Shown: piece after piece, positions 7,858 to 15,971 of the stretch
How the letters are laid out: every line of letters begins with the position of its first letter
How positions within the stretch are numbered: position 1 is the first letter of the stretch
Assembly (NCBI GenBank): GCA_043826455.1
Contig: JBDRQD010000081.1
Span: 1-18,834 of the forward strand
Reading direction: 5' to 3'
Source: Candidatus Bathyarchaeota archaeon
GTDB taxonomy: Archaea > Thermoproteota > Bathyarchaeia > TCS64
Length of the DNA: 18,834 bases
Program-made: the position numbers and the translations under genes
The notes under the pieces: model-generated
What the model was told of the DNA's origin: nothing
The model's database searches: none
Seen by the model: the letters and a program-made list of their open reading frames with translations, nothing else

Positions 7858-8106
7858 ATGGATATGATGACGGTTAACAGGCAGCGATCGGATCACATAA
7901 GCCGGCTCGTCCAGGCCGCAGTATCCGACGCCACACGAAGAAACCGCAAAGTAGAGACCGTGGACCCAATACTGAGAGCCGGTAAAACGCTCTTCCCCAC
8001 CATGCCACACAAGGAACTCCTGGAATACGCCCAGACAGCCCTCAGGATCATACTCACAGAGCCCCAGGCGCCGACCAACCAGACAACGCTTCTAGCCCAC
8101 ATGTAG
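7858..8106 (+). CDS. Hypothetical small helical protein (82 aa)
   Basis: Consensus TATA box and GGTGG SD-like sequence upstream; amphipathic helical sequence; convergent 15-nt overlap with nfo. Confidence 0.65.
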   Translation: MDMMTVNRQRSDHISRLVQAAVSDATRRNRKVETVDPILRAGKTLFPTMPHKELLEYAQTALRIILTEPQAPTNQTTLLAHM

Positions 8107-8928
8107 GCCTGCAAGCTGGTAAACTTTCATCATGTTCTCCCCGTCGCCCCTACGTTCATCCGCTGGAGTTTCCATGACCATCGGAGCCTCCCTCAGCCTC
8201 GAGCTCAGTATGTTCCTGAAACCGTCGTCACCTATTTCACCCAACCCGATGTGCTCGTGTCTGTCGATCCTCGAGCCCCGTGGGCCCTTGGAGTCGTTCA
8301 GGTGGACAAGGTGCAGGTTCCTCAAACCGATGATCTCGTCAAACTCATCTATGGTTGCCTCGAATCCCTCCTCTGACTTCACGTCATAGCCTCTCGCGTA
8401 GGCGTGGCAGGTGTCGAGGCACACTCCGAGCCTCAAGCCTTCTGTCGAATCTATTATGTCTCTGAGCTCCCGAAAGGTGGAGCCCACCTCGTTTCTCTTG
8501 CCCGAGGTGTTCTCTATAAGAAGCATGGGGCTACCTGAGCCAAGGTGGCTGAATGCCTTGGCGATCCTTTCTACGCCGGCCTCGTACCCGGACCCCAGAG
8601 TGCTTCCCAAGTGGGTTACCAGGTAAGGAATGTCTAGGAGCCTGCACCTCGCGGCCTCCACAACCAGTGTTTCAACCGATCTTCTGAACATGTCATCCTT
8701 TGGGCTGGAAAGGTTCGGGAGGTAGGGCATGTGGCTGAAGACGGGGCTGATCCCAGAGTCTCTGAGCTTCAACTTGAAGGCCTGAACCTCGCCCTCCTCC
8801 AGTTCTCTGTGCTTCCACATCCTGGGGCTCCGGGTGAAGATTTGGAACGTGGAGCAGCCCAGCTCCTTGGCCCTGTTCACCGCCCTGTCTACGCCGCCCT
8901 CGATGGAGACGTGGAAGCCCAACTTCAT
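8092..8928 (-). CDS. nfo: Endonuclease IV (AP endonuclease family 2)
   Basis: GFHVS, QIFT, HMPYLPNL, HLGS, IENT, CLDTCH, HLNDSK, DRHEHIG and METP zinc-ligand motifs. Confidence 0.96.
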   Translation of the reverse strand: MKLGFHVSIEGGVDRAVNRAKELGCSTFQIFTRSPRMWKHRELEEGEVQAFKLKLRDSGISPVFSHMPYLPNLSSPKDDMFRRSVETLVVEAARCRLLDIPYLVTHLGSTLGSGYEAGVERIAKAFSHLGSGSPMLLIENTSGKRNEVGSTFRELRDIIDSTEGLRLGVCLDTCHAYARGYDVKSEEGFEATIDEFDEIIGLRNLHLVHLNDSKGPRGSRIDRHEHIGLGEIGDDGFRNILSSRLREAPMVMETPADERRGDGENMMKVYQLAGLHVG

Positions 8929-8965
8929 GGACTCTAAATACTACTCTCGTATAGAAAATGTTTTG

Positions 8966-8971
8966 AAAAAA
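8966..8971 (-). terminator. Putative oligo-T terminator after gabT
   Basis: T6 run on the minus strand 5 nt after the stop codon. Confidence 0.4.
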
Positions 8972-8976
8972 GTAGG

Positions 8977-10314
8977 TTAGGCGTACTTCTTCACGGCCGC
9001 CTCGAGGATGTCCATACCCGTGCTCAGATACTCGTCCTCGATGGTGAGCGGCGGGTGCAGCCGTATCACGTTGTTGTAGAGGCCCGCCTTCAAGGTCATG
9101 AGGCCCTTCTGGAGGCACTCTTTCATGATCTTGCTGCTGGTGTCCGGGTCAGGCTTCTTACTCTTCCTGTCTGAGACGAACTCCATGGCTAGCATGGGGC
9201 CTAGGCCGCGTACGTCGCCGATCTTATCGTACTTGCCGTGCATCTCGTCCAGGCGCTTCTTGAGCTTCTTACCCATGGCTGCGGCGCGCTGCGGTATCTT
9301 CTCCCTCTCCATGATCTCTATGACCTTGAGAGCCGTGGCGCAGGCTATGGGGTTGCCGCCGTAGGTGCCGCCCAGGCTGCCGGGGTAGATGTCCTTCGTG
9401 AGCTCGTCCTTGGCCACCACGGCGCTGAGGGGCAGCCCGTTGGCGATGGCCTTAGCCAGAACCATGACGTCGGGCTCGACGCCGTAGTGCTCTATGGCCC
9501 ACATCTTTCCCGTGCGGCCGAACCCGGTCTGCACCTCGTCTATAATGAGCTTGATGCCGTGCTCGTCGGCCAGCTTCTTCAGCTCCTTGAAGTAGTCTAG
9601 GGGCGGCGCGATGAAGCCTCCCTCGCCTTGTACCGGCTCGGCGACGATAGCGCCCACCGTGGTGGGGTCCACCTGGGTCTTGAAGAGGCTCTTCTCTATG
9701 TGGTGGACGCAGGCCAGGCCGCACGCAGGGTACTCCTGGTGGAAGGGGCACCTGTAGCAGTAGGCGTAGGGTGTGAAGTAGACGCCTGGGACGAAGGGGT
9801 CCAGGCCCACCTTGTAGGGGTCCCACTTGCCTGTGAGGGTCATGGCCATGTATGTGCGTCCGTGGAAGCTGTTCTCGAAGCTTATCAGGCTCTTGCGGCC
9901 CGTGGACTGGCGGACTATCTTCACCGCGTTCTCAATGGCCTCGGAACCGCTGTTGATCATCATGGCCCGCTTGGCGAACTTGCCCGGGGTGATCTCCGTC
10001 AGCCGCTTGGCCAGTGCCACGTAGGGCTCGTAGTTGGCCACGTGGATGCAGCTGTGGATGAGCTTATGGGCCTGGTCACAGATTGTGTCCACGATCTCCT
10101 CCGTGCAGTGGCCCAGGCTGGTGACGCCGATGCCTGAGGTGAAGTCTATGAGTGTGTTTCCGTCCACGTCCGTCATTACAGCGCCGTGGCTCTCCTTGAT
10201 AGTGACAGGCTGAACCAGGTAGACGCCCGGGGGAACGTACTTGCTCCTCTGATCGATCAACTCCTTGGACCTGGGTCCAGGGATGGGTGTTACAACGTTA
10301 GGAACCTTGGGCAT
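8977..10314 (-). CDS. gabT: Class III PLP aminotransferase, 4-aminobutyrate aminotransferase-like
   Basis: DFTSGIGVTSLGH, NSGSEA, FHGRT, EPVQGEGG, DEVQTGFGRTG, AKAIANG (PLP Lys), GGTYGGNP. Confidence 0.85.
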   Translation of the reverse strand: MPKVPNVVTPIPGPRSKELIDQRSKYVPPGVYLVQPVTIKESHGAVMTDVDGNTLIDFTSGIGVTSLGHCTEEIVDTICDQAHKLIHSCIHVANYEPYVALAKRLTEITPGKFAKRAMMINSGSEAIENAVKIVRQSTGRKSLISFENSFHGRTYMAMTLTGKWDPYKVGLDPFVPGVYFTPYAYCYRCPFHQEYPACGLACVHHIEKSLFKTQVDPTTVGAIVAEPVQGEGGFIAPPLDYFKELKKLADEHGIKLIIDEVQTGFGRTGKMWAIEHYGVEPDVMVLAKAIANGLPLSAVVAKDELTKDIYPGSLGGTYGGNPIACATALKVIEIMEREKIPQRAAAMGKKLKKRLDEMHGKYDKIGDVRGLGPMLAMEFVSDRKSKKPDPDTSSKIMKECLQKGLMTLKAGLYNNVIRLHPPLTIEDEYLSTGMDILEAAVKKYA

Positions 10315-10380
10315 ATTCCATCGGCTTAAGGTAATGGGCTGGGTTAATAACCCTAACGGGGCTCAGTCACAGTTACAGCT

Positions 10381-11634
10381 CTAGGCCTGTTTCTGTTTAA
10401 CGTCTCTCACGAACATCAGTATAATCGGTATCTGAAGGGCCTCTAATAGAGACCCCACGAGAAGAAGCATACTGGGGTTTGAGTCATATATCCACCCCCC
10501 AAGGTACGAGCCTGGTAGGCTCATGACGCCGGACACAGTACCCATGAGGCCCATAACCTTACCCCTGTCCTTCTGAGGCACAATGTCCGCCATAAGGGCC
10601 TGCCAAGCCGGGCCACCCATGTATCCCCCGGTCCTTATCCTGCCTCCGCCCAGCCCCTGAGCTACGCCTATTACAGTGTATGCGCCCAGCAGCTGACCGA
10701 TGTCCTTGAAAAGGTAGAGGCTGAGGCTGTCAAAGGGGCCAAGGCCTCTGGCCAGGAGGATGCATGGGACGCGGCCAAACTTGTCTGCTATCATGCCGCT
10801 CACTAGGTAGAGGGGGACGGAAACAGCCATGGCCACGCTCTGAAGGAGCCCGTACTGGGTAGTGGATAGGCCCACCTGGTCGTAGGCATATGGGGCCAAG
10901 AACGCCCAAGTCATTCTCATGCTGAAGCTGCTTATTACGGAGACCAGTAGCATAGCCCAGATGGTGCGGGGCTGCACCCGGAAAGTCCTCAGCATGCCCT
11001 TCAACTCTTCGCGTAGGCTCACTCTCTCCCCTTCGGCCTGCTTGTCCTCTAGCGTCTCCGTAAGGTAGACTTGGCGAACAAGGGTGGCTACAGCGGCGGC
11101 TACAGTGAACATCATCAGTCCGATCCTTACTCCCTCCCCAATGCCCATGACGTCCAGGTAGTAGCCGCTGACCACAGGCATGAATATGCTGGGTAGGCTA
11201 GTTGTGAACCTGTATGCGCCGAAGGCGGCCCCCCTGCGCTCGCTGGGTAAGCTCTCAGCTATTATGGCGTTGAAGGCTGGACTGTATAGGCTGGCCACTG
11301 CGTTGAGGACCATACCTGGGATTACCCACTCCCAGCTGGGGGCCAGGAACAGGAATATGGGGGCGATGACCCTCATGGCTGTCCCGTAGACTATCACCTT
11401 CTTGCGGCCGATCCTGTCAGCCAAGACTCCGCCGGGGAGCTGGAACAGTATGCGGCTGGTGTTCTGGATTGTGGCTAGGAGCCCTACGATGGTGATGGGG
11501 GTGTTCAGTTCCTCTATGAGGTAGAGGCTCCACCAGAGCTCCCAGAGGCCGTTGAATATGGTGTACAGCATGTTGGTGCTGCTGATGGCTATGATGTTCC
11601 GGTTGGAGAACACTTCTCGCAGGATAGAGGCCAC
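10381..11634 (-). CDS. Major facilitator superfamily transporter
   Basis: About 12 TM segments; motif A twice (GVLADRIGRKK, GMIADKFGR); ERRGAAFG and DRGKVMG. Confidence 0.93.
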   Translation of the reverse strand: MASILREVFSNRNIIAISSTNMLYTIFNGLWELWWSLYLIEELNTPITIVGLLATIQNTSRILFQLPGGVLADRIGRKKVIVYGTAMRVIAPIFLFLAPSWEWVIPGMVLNAVASLYSPAFNAIIAESLPSERRGAAFGAYRFTTSLPSIFMPVVSGYYLDVMGIGEGVRIGLMMFTVAAAVATLVRQVYLTETLEDKQAEGERVSLREELKGMLRTFRVQPRTIWAMLLVSVISSFSMRMTWAFLAPYAYDQVGLSTTQYGLLQSVAMAVSVPLYLVSGMIADKFGRVPCILLARGLGPFDSLSLYLFKDIGQLLGAYTVIGVAQGLGGGRIRTGGYMGGPAWQALMADIVPQKDRGKVMGLMGTVSGVMSLPGSYLGGWIYDSNPSMLLLVGSLLEALQIPIILMFVRDVKQKQA

Positions 11635-11683
11635 TATATTTTACCTGATACTGGGGTATCTCGCTTAAGAGTGGTTGATCATT

Positions 11684-11690
11684 AAAAAAA
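11684..11690 (-). terminator. Putative oligo-T terminator after the transcarbamylase gene
   Basis: T7 run on the minus strand 12 nt after the stop codon. Confidence 0.45.
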
Positions 11691-11702
11691 GTTTGTAGAG
11701 GG

Positions 11703-12641
11703 TTACTGGATGAAGAGGGCCAGGACGGCCTTCTCAGTGTGCATCCTGTTCTCGCCCTCGTCCCAGACGACGCTCTGGGGCCCCTCGATGACGCTGTCCG
11801 TCATCTCCTCTCCCCTGTACCCTGGCAGGCAGTGCATGAATATGGCGTCCTTCTTGGCCAGCTTCAGGGTCTCGTCGTTGACCTGGTACTTGGCGAAGGC
11901 CTTCTTCCTCTCCTCTATATCCTTGTGGCCCATGCTGTGGAATGTATTGGCGTAGACCACGTCGGCGCCAGTGAAGGCCTCCTCTAGGTCGTCGGTGATG
12001 ACCATCTGGCTGCCCCCCTCAGCGGCGTGCTCTACGGCGAACTTGGTGATCTTCTCATTAGGCTTCCAGCCCTTGGGGATGGCCACGTACATGTCCATGC
12101 CCATGATGCTGCTGGCAACCATGAGGCTCTGGCACACGTTCCACGCGTCACCCACGTAGGCAACCTTCAGCCCCTGGAGCTTGCCCTTATGCTCACGCAT
12201 GGTGAGCATGTCGGCCAGGCCCTGGCACGGGTGGGTGAGGTCGGTCAACGCGTTGATGACGGGGCTGTCCATGTACTCGGCGTACTCCTCCACTATGTTC
12301 TGGCCGTATGTTCTGATGACCAGGCCATCACAGTACCTGTCGATGATGCGGGCAGTGTCCCTGATGGGCTCGCCGCGGGCCAGCTGCATCACGTCGGGGG
12401 TGGCGTAGAAGCTCTGCATCCCCAGGTGGGCGATGGCTGCCTGGAAGCTGAAGCGTGTCCTTGTGCTATGTTTCTCGAAGATCATGGCTATGGTGCGGCC
12501 CCGTAGGTACTCGTGGGGCTGCTTCATCATGCGCTGCCGCTTGAAGTCGGCTGAGACGTCCAGCATGTAGGTGATCTCTTCCTTCTTCCAGTCCATGAGG
12601 GTGAGAAAGTCCTTGCCTTGGAATCGGTCCTTGAAGCTCAT
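11703..12641 (-). CDS. argF: Ornithine carbamoyltransferase family transcarbamylase (atypical substrate loop)
   Basis: STRT, HPCQ, HCLP and ENR motifs intact; the DxxxSMG loop reads NTFHSMG. Confidence 0.8.
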   Translation of the reverse strand: MSFKDRFQGKDFLTLMDWKKEEITYMLDVSADFKRQRMMKQPHEYLRGRTIAMIFEKHSTRTRFSFQAAIAHLGMQSFYATPDVMQLARGEPIRDTARIIDRYCDGLVIRTYGQNIVEEYAEYMDSPVINALTDLTHPCQGLADMLTMREHKGKLQGLKVAYVGDAWNVCQSLMVASSIMGMDMYVAIPKGWKPNEKITKFAVEHAAEGGSQMVITDDLEEAFTGADVVYANTFHSMGHKDIEERKKAFAKYQVNDETLKLAKKDAIFMHCLPGYRGEEMTDSVIEGPQSVVWDEGENRMHTEKAVLALFIQ

Positions 12642-12757
12642 AACGATTCAAGGAGAATAGGTAGGGGTCGAGGGTTTAAAACTAGCGTTTACCCTATTTG
12701 GGACAATTCTTAGCCTGATAGCCACGGTTGGTGTAAATGTCTTGCCACAGTCGGTAC

Positions 12758-12842
12758 AAAATGGTACCATTTCCTGATCCTGGCTGCGACCTACATAGTT
12801 AAACTGAGACGAGACCCCCCCGTCCGATAAAATGGTACCATT
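12758..12842. repeat. Two copies of a palindromic 14-mer, AAAATGGTACCATT (candidate operators)
   Basis: Exact direct repeat at 12758-12771 and 12829-12842, 71 bp apart. The core AATGGTACCATT is a perfect 12-bp palindrome. Confidence 0.75.
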
Positions 12843-12992
12843 ATTTTCCGGGAGCGGAGCCTCACACCCTCATATACGGCTCCTTACCCACTAAACGGCT
12901 ATCAAAGCCCTGGCTAAAATGGGGTGGCTGTCGCCGAGAACCGGTGATCTGTGAAGGCGCCTAGGAGGGCAGACCGATGAAATGTGCGGTGG

Positions 12993-14372
12993 TCAGAGAG
13001 TAGCTTTCTGCTCCCAGATCTTCCGCTGGTCTGGGTGCTCCTGGAAGAACCTGTCAATGATCTGGTCACATGTCCTCTGAGCCTTGAGCAGGGCATCCCG
13101 TATGTCGATGGTGGTCAGCCGCCCGTCCTTCTTGAGGAACCTGCCGTCGCAGATGACGTTGTCGATGTCCGCCGGCATCCCGTAGAGGAACACGCTGGTG
13201 ACGGGGTCCCTGGTGGGGGTGATGTATGGGTTCATGAGGTTGAAGGTGATGACGTCAGCCTTCTTCCCTGGCTCCAGGCTGCCGATCTCCTTGTCCAATC
13301 CCAGGGCCTTGGCCCCGCCCATGGTGGCCAGCCACAGCATCTCATAGAAGCTGGGCCGCGCAGTGCGCCTGCTGTCGTTGACCATCCCCAAGTACCCGCC
13401 AACCTTTGACGCTCGCGTCATGACCCCGTTCCTCTGCTTCCTCGCCAGGTCGCACATGTCGTGGTAGTAATCGTCTGTGCCCAGCCCCACGGGTATCCCC
13501 ATGTCCAGCCAGTCTATCAATGGGCTCTCCACGCTGTGGCAGTGGAGTATGGCCATCCCCGTCTTCTTGATGAGCTGGAAGTCTTTGGACGTCCCGTAGG
13601 TCAGGTGGGCCCCGCTAAGCTTCTCGTCCATGACTCCCAGGTCGTGGAGGTGCTGGGGCGGCGTCTTACCGAACAGCTTCAGCACCTGCCTGTACTCTCT
13701 CATGCTCTGGCTCAGGTGGGTGGTCATCCTGAGGCCGTGCTTTTCCGCGAATTCTTTGCACTCAAGATAGACGTCCGGCATGGCCATGTCCGGGGCCTTG
13801 GGGCACATCAGCGTCGTTATTCTTCCATCGGCCTTCCCGTGCCAGTCAAAGTAAAGGTCCTTGGCCCTCTTCACGGCTGCATCCCTCTTCTCGGGCAGGT
13901 ACTCGAAGACTCCGTGCTTCAGCTTCTCCAGGTCCACGTGCTCAATGTCTCCCGCTAGGTGGCATCTGTTTCCGGCCTCGGCCACGGCGCGGGCGTACCC
14001 GTCCGGGTAGGTGTACACCAGCATGCTGGTGGTGCAGCCGCCGTAGATGAACTCAGCACACGAGGCCAGTCCCAGTGTCTCCATCTGCTCGGGCCTCCTG
14101 TACCCCTCCAGGGGCAGGTTAGTCTCGAAGAAGTCGCCCATGAGCTCGTAGACGCCCCTGAAGTACTGCTGCAGGTGGCTATGACTGTTCACGTACCCCG
14201 GCATCACCATGTGGTGCCCTGCGTCCACCACGTGCTCCGGGTCCCGGACCTTGATGCTCTTACCTACCTCAGCTACCCTGTCGTCCACAACGTAGACGTC
14301 GCCCTCCTTGAACACCCTGTCTCCGGGGTCCATGGTAACGACGAAACCCCCCCTGATCAACACGTCGGTCAT
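12993..14372 (-). CDS. Metal-dependent amidohydrolase (MTA/SAH deaminase - guanine deaminase - AtzA-like subfamily)
   Basis: IRGGFVVTMD N-terminus, PGYVNSHSH, THLSQ, GAH, GLGTD, ATMGGAKALG, GSLEPGKKAD. Start moved to ATG 14372 because TTTTTATC lies about 30 nt upstream. Confidence 0.9.
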   Translation of the reverse strand: MTDVLIRGGFVVTMDPGDRVFKEGDVYVVDDRVAEVGKSIKVRDPEHVVDAGHHMVMPGYVNSHSHLQQYFRGVYELMGDFFETNLPLEGYRRPEQMETLGLASCAEFIYGGCTTSMLVYTYPDGYARAVAEAGNRCHLAGDIEHVDLEKLKHGVFEYLPEKRDAAVKRAKDLYFDWHGKADGRITTLMCPKAPDMAMPDVYLECKEFAEKHGLRMTTHLSQSMREYRQVLKLFGKTPPQHLHDLGVMDEKLSGAHLTYGTSKDFQLIKKTGMAILHCHSVESPLIDWLDMGIPVGLGTDDYYHDMCDLARKQRNGVMTRASKVGGYLGMVNDSRRTARPSFYEMLWLATMGGAKALGLDKEIGSLEPGKKADVITFNLMNPYITPTRDPVTSVFLYGMPADIDNVICDGRFLKKDGRLTTIDIRDALLKAQRTCDQIIDRFFQEHPDQRKIWEQKATL

Positions 14373-14440
14373 GCCCGTCGTCCAAGGTAATGGACGGTCC
14401 AGATAAAAAACCATCCAGAGGGAGTACAAGTATGGGTGCC

Positions 14441-14465
14441 ATGTTAACTAACATTAGTTATTAAG
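14441..14465. promoter_or_regulatory. Overlapping palindromes next to a TATA-like box between divergent genes
   Basis: ATGTTA-AC-TAACAT (14441-14454), TAACTAA-CA-TTAGTTA (14445-14460), TTATTAAG (14458-14465). Confidence 0.5.
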
Positions 14466-14504
14466 TAACCTTCATCGAAAGAAGAACAGGCGCGGGGCGG
14501 GCCA

Positions 14505-14672
14505 ATGTCCGAAGAGGAAGTCAACGCTGAGATGGTGTTCTTCTATGCATGCCTGAGCATGTCCTTCCTCTACTCCGCCCAGGGGGACACACGAAACATG
14601 CTCATGTGGCTCCTCTTCGCCCTGTTCTTCATGGCGTGGGACGTGGGTAAAGACGATAAAACACACCCTTAA
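14505..14672 (+). CDS. Small two-helix membrane protein (55 aa), not in ORF track
   Basis: MSEEEVNAEMVFFYACLSMSFLYSAQGDTRNMLMWLLFALFFMAWDVGKDDKTHP*. Two hydrophobic segments, GC-rich third positions, TATA-like box upstream. Confidence 0.65.
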   Translation: MSEEEVNAEMVFFYACLSMSFLYSAQGDTRNMLMWLLFALFFMAWDVGKDDKTHP

Positions 14673-14785
14673 GTACCCTAAAAAACCCAACGAAAAACAG
14701 CGCAGTTAGCTAAAAGCAATCCAAAAAAATATCACATTCTACCCAGCCACCGTCATAAAAGCTGAGACATAAAATCGAGGAGGTA

Positions 14786-15040
14786 TCAGCCCTCGACCTT
14801 GTCAGCGTAGTAGGCCGGATCATTCCCCAGATATATCGCATTAGCCCGGCCGCAAGCAGAACAGTGACGGTCCTCGTACCTCAGGTTAGCACCACAGGAG
14901 CAGACAGTCCATATCTGGGCCCCACAGTTTGGACAGTACCTGGCCCCGGTCTTGCGGTGAGGCCCAGACTCCAACACGGGCCTGATGCTCGTCTTACAGT
15001 AGGCACAGTGACCCTGCTTAACCAGCGACTCCACAAGCAC
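14786..15040 (-). CDS. Double zinc-ribbon protein
   Basis: CAYC, CPNCG, CSCG, CSACG knuckles in 84 aa; exact start uncertain. Confidence 0.8.
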   Translation of the reverse strand: MLVESLVKQGHCAYCKTSIRPVLESGPHRKTGARYCPNCGAQIWTVCSCGANLRYEDRHCSACGRANAIYLGNDPAYYADKVEG

Positions 15041-15063
15041 TTAATGTGCAGCAAACCTTAAAA

Positions 15064-15969
15064 CTATATCTCGTGGCGGCCAGTCAACTCACATACCCTG
15101 CACAGGCCGCCCTGAGACGGCGCCCCACAGACAGGGCAGACCCCCGCGATCTCAGCCACGCCCCTGGAGGCCAGCTTAAGACCAGTCTGGTACACTATGA
15201 ACTTGGTGCCAGGCCGCCGAACCTCCATCTGGTTCAGGAACCGCCTAGCGTCCCCCCTCATGGCCTCGCCGGCGTAGGGGCACGGAACGCTCTGAAACTC
15301 CAGCCCGTTCAGATAAGCGTAGAGAGTAGTCTCACGCTCAGGCACCTCGCACAGAGGCTTCACCCGCCTCACGTAGCCGGCCAGCTCCCTGCCCCCAGGG
15401 TCGAACCCCTCAAGCCTGGACACATCACCCCTGAGAATGTTCAGCAGTACCGTCTGAGCCATGTCGTCCAGGTTGTGGCCCGTCGCAAGCCTGTCCGCCC
15501 CCACCGAGACAGCGGCCTCGTTCAAGGCTCTTCGGCGGAGAACACCACAATAGCTGCAAGCCCCCAGCTCCCTGTCCCTGGCCGCTATCTCGTCCATGGT
15601 CTCACCGAAGAGCTCATTGAAGCTGAGAACCTTCATCTCCACGCCCAGCTCCCGGCAGCTTCTCTCCGCTATCCTGAGGGCCTCGTCCCTGTAGCCCTTG
15701 ATGCCCTCGTCGATGCAGACTGCCACCAGTTCACTGTTAGGCCGCTCCTCCTCGATCATGTGGAGTAGCCTGAGAAGCGTCAGGCTGTCTTTGCCTCCGC
15801 TCACACCCACGGCGATCTTACTGTCGTGCTCAAACATCCTGTGCCTATTGATGGTCTTCTTCACCCTCTCCAGGAGGGTTTCGCTGAAGCAGCGTCCGCA
15901 TAGGCGCTCCCCTGAGTAGGGTCTATGGTACACGGAGGGAGCGCCACAGCGGGTGCAGTCCAAGGTCAT
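15064..15969 (-). CDS. ncsA: tRNA 2-thiolation protein TtuA/NcsA (TIGR00269 family)
   Basis: N-terminal CTRC/CGRC, PP-loop SGGKDS, CSYC plus CPY Fe-S ligands, ATGHNLDD, C-terminal CPVC/CRVC. Confidence 0.92.
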   Translation of the reverse strand: MTLDCTRCGAPSVYHRPYSGERLCGRCFSETLLERVKKTINRHRMFEHDSKIAVGVSGGKDSLTLLRLLHMIEEERPNSELVAVCIDEGIKGYRDEALRIAERSCRELGVEMKVLSFNELFGETMDEIAARDRELGACSYCGVLRRRALNEAAVSVGADRLATGHNLDDMAQTVLLNILRGDVSRLEGFDPGGRELAGYVRRVKPLCEVPERETTLYAYLNGLEFQSVPCPYAGEAMRGDARRFLNQMEVRRPGTKFIVYQTGLKLASRGVAEIAGVCPVCGAPSQGGLCRVCELTGRHEI

Positions 15970-15971
15970 AT

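Noticed and set aside
12648..12770. Minus-strand 40-aa ORF MVPFCTDCGKTF...
   Set aside because: Only one CxxC, runs through the argF TATA box and has no clear promoter; at most a remnant.
12758..12842. Repeat pair as a mini-CRISPR array
   Set aside because: Only two 14-nt copies with a 57-nt spacer and no cas genes.
12856..12883. GAGCCGTAT hairpin resembling group II intron domain V
   Set aside because: Too short, lacks the AC bulge and GNRA loop, and has no domain VI or reverse transcriptase.
12907..12973. GCCCT...AGGGC-AGA stem as a possible H/ACA RNA
   Set aside because: Pocket geometry is asymmetric and no convincing K-turn or target was found.
14373..14429. 19-aa N-terminal extension of the amidohydrolase in the ORF track
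   Set aside because: It spans the gene's TATA box, and family similarity begins at Met 14372.
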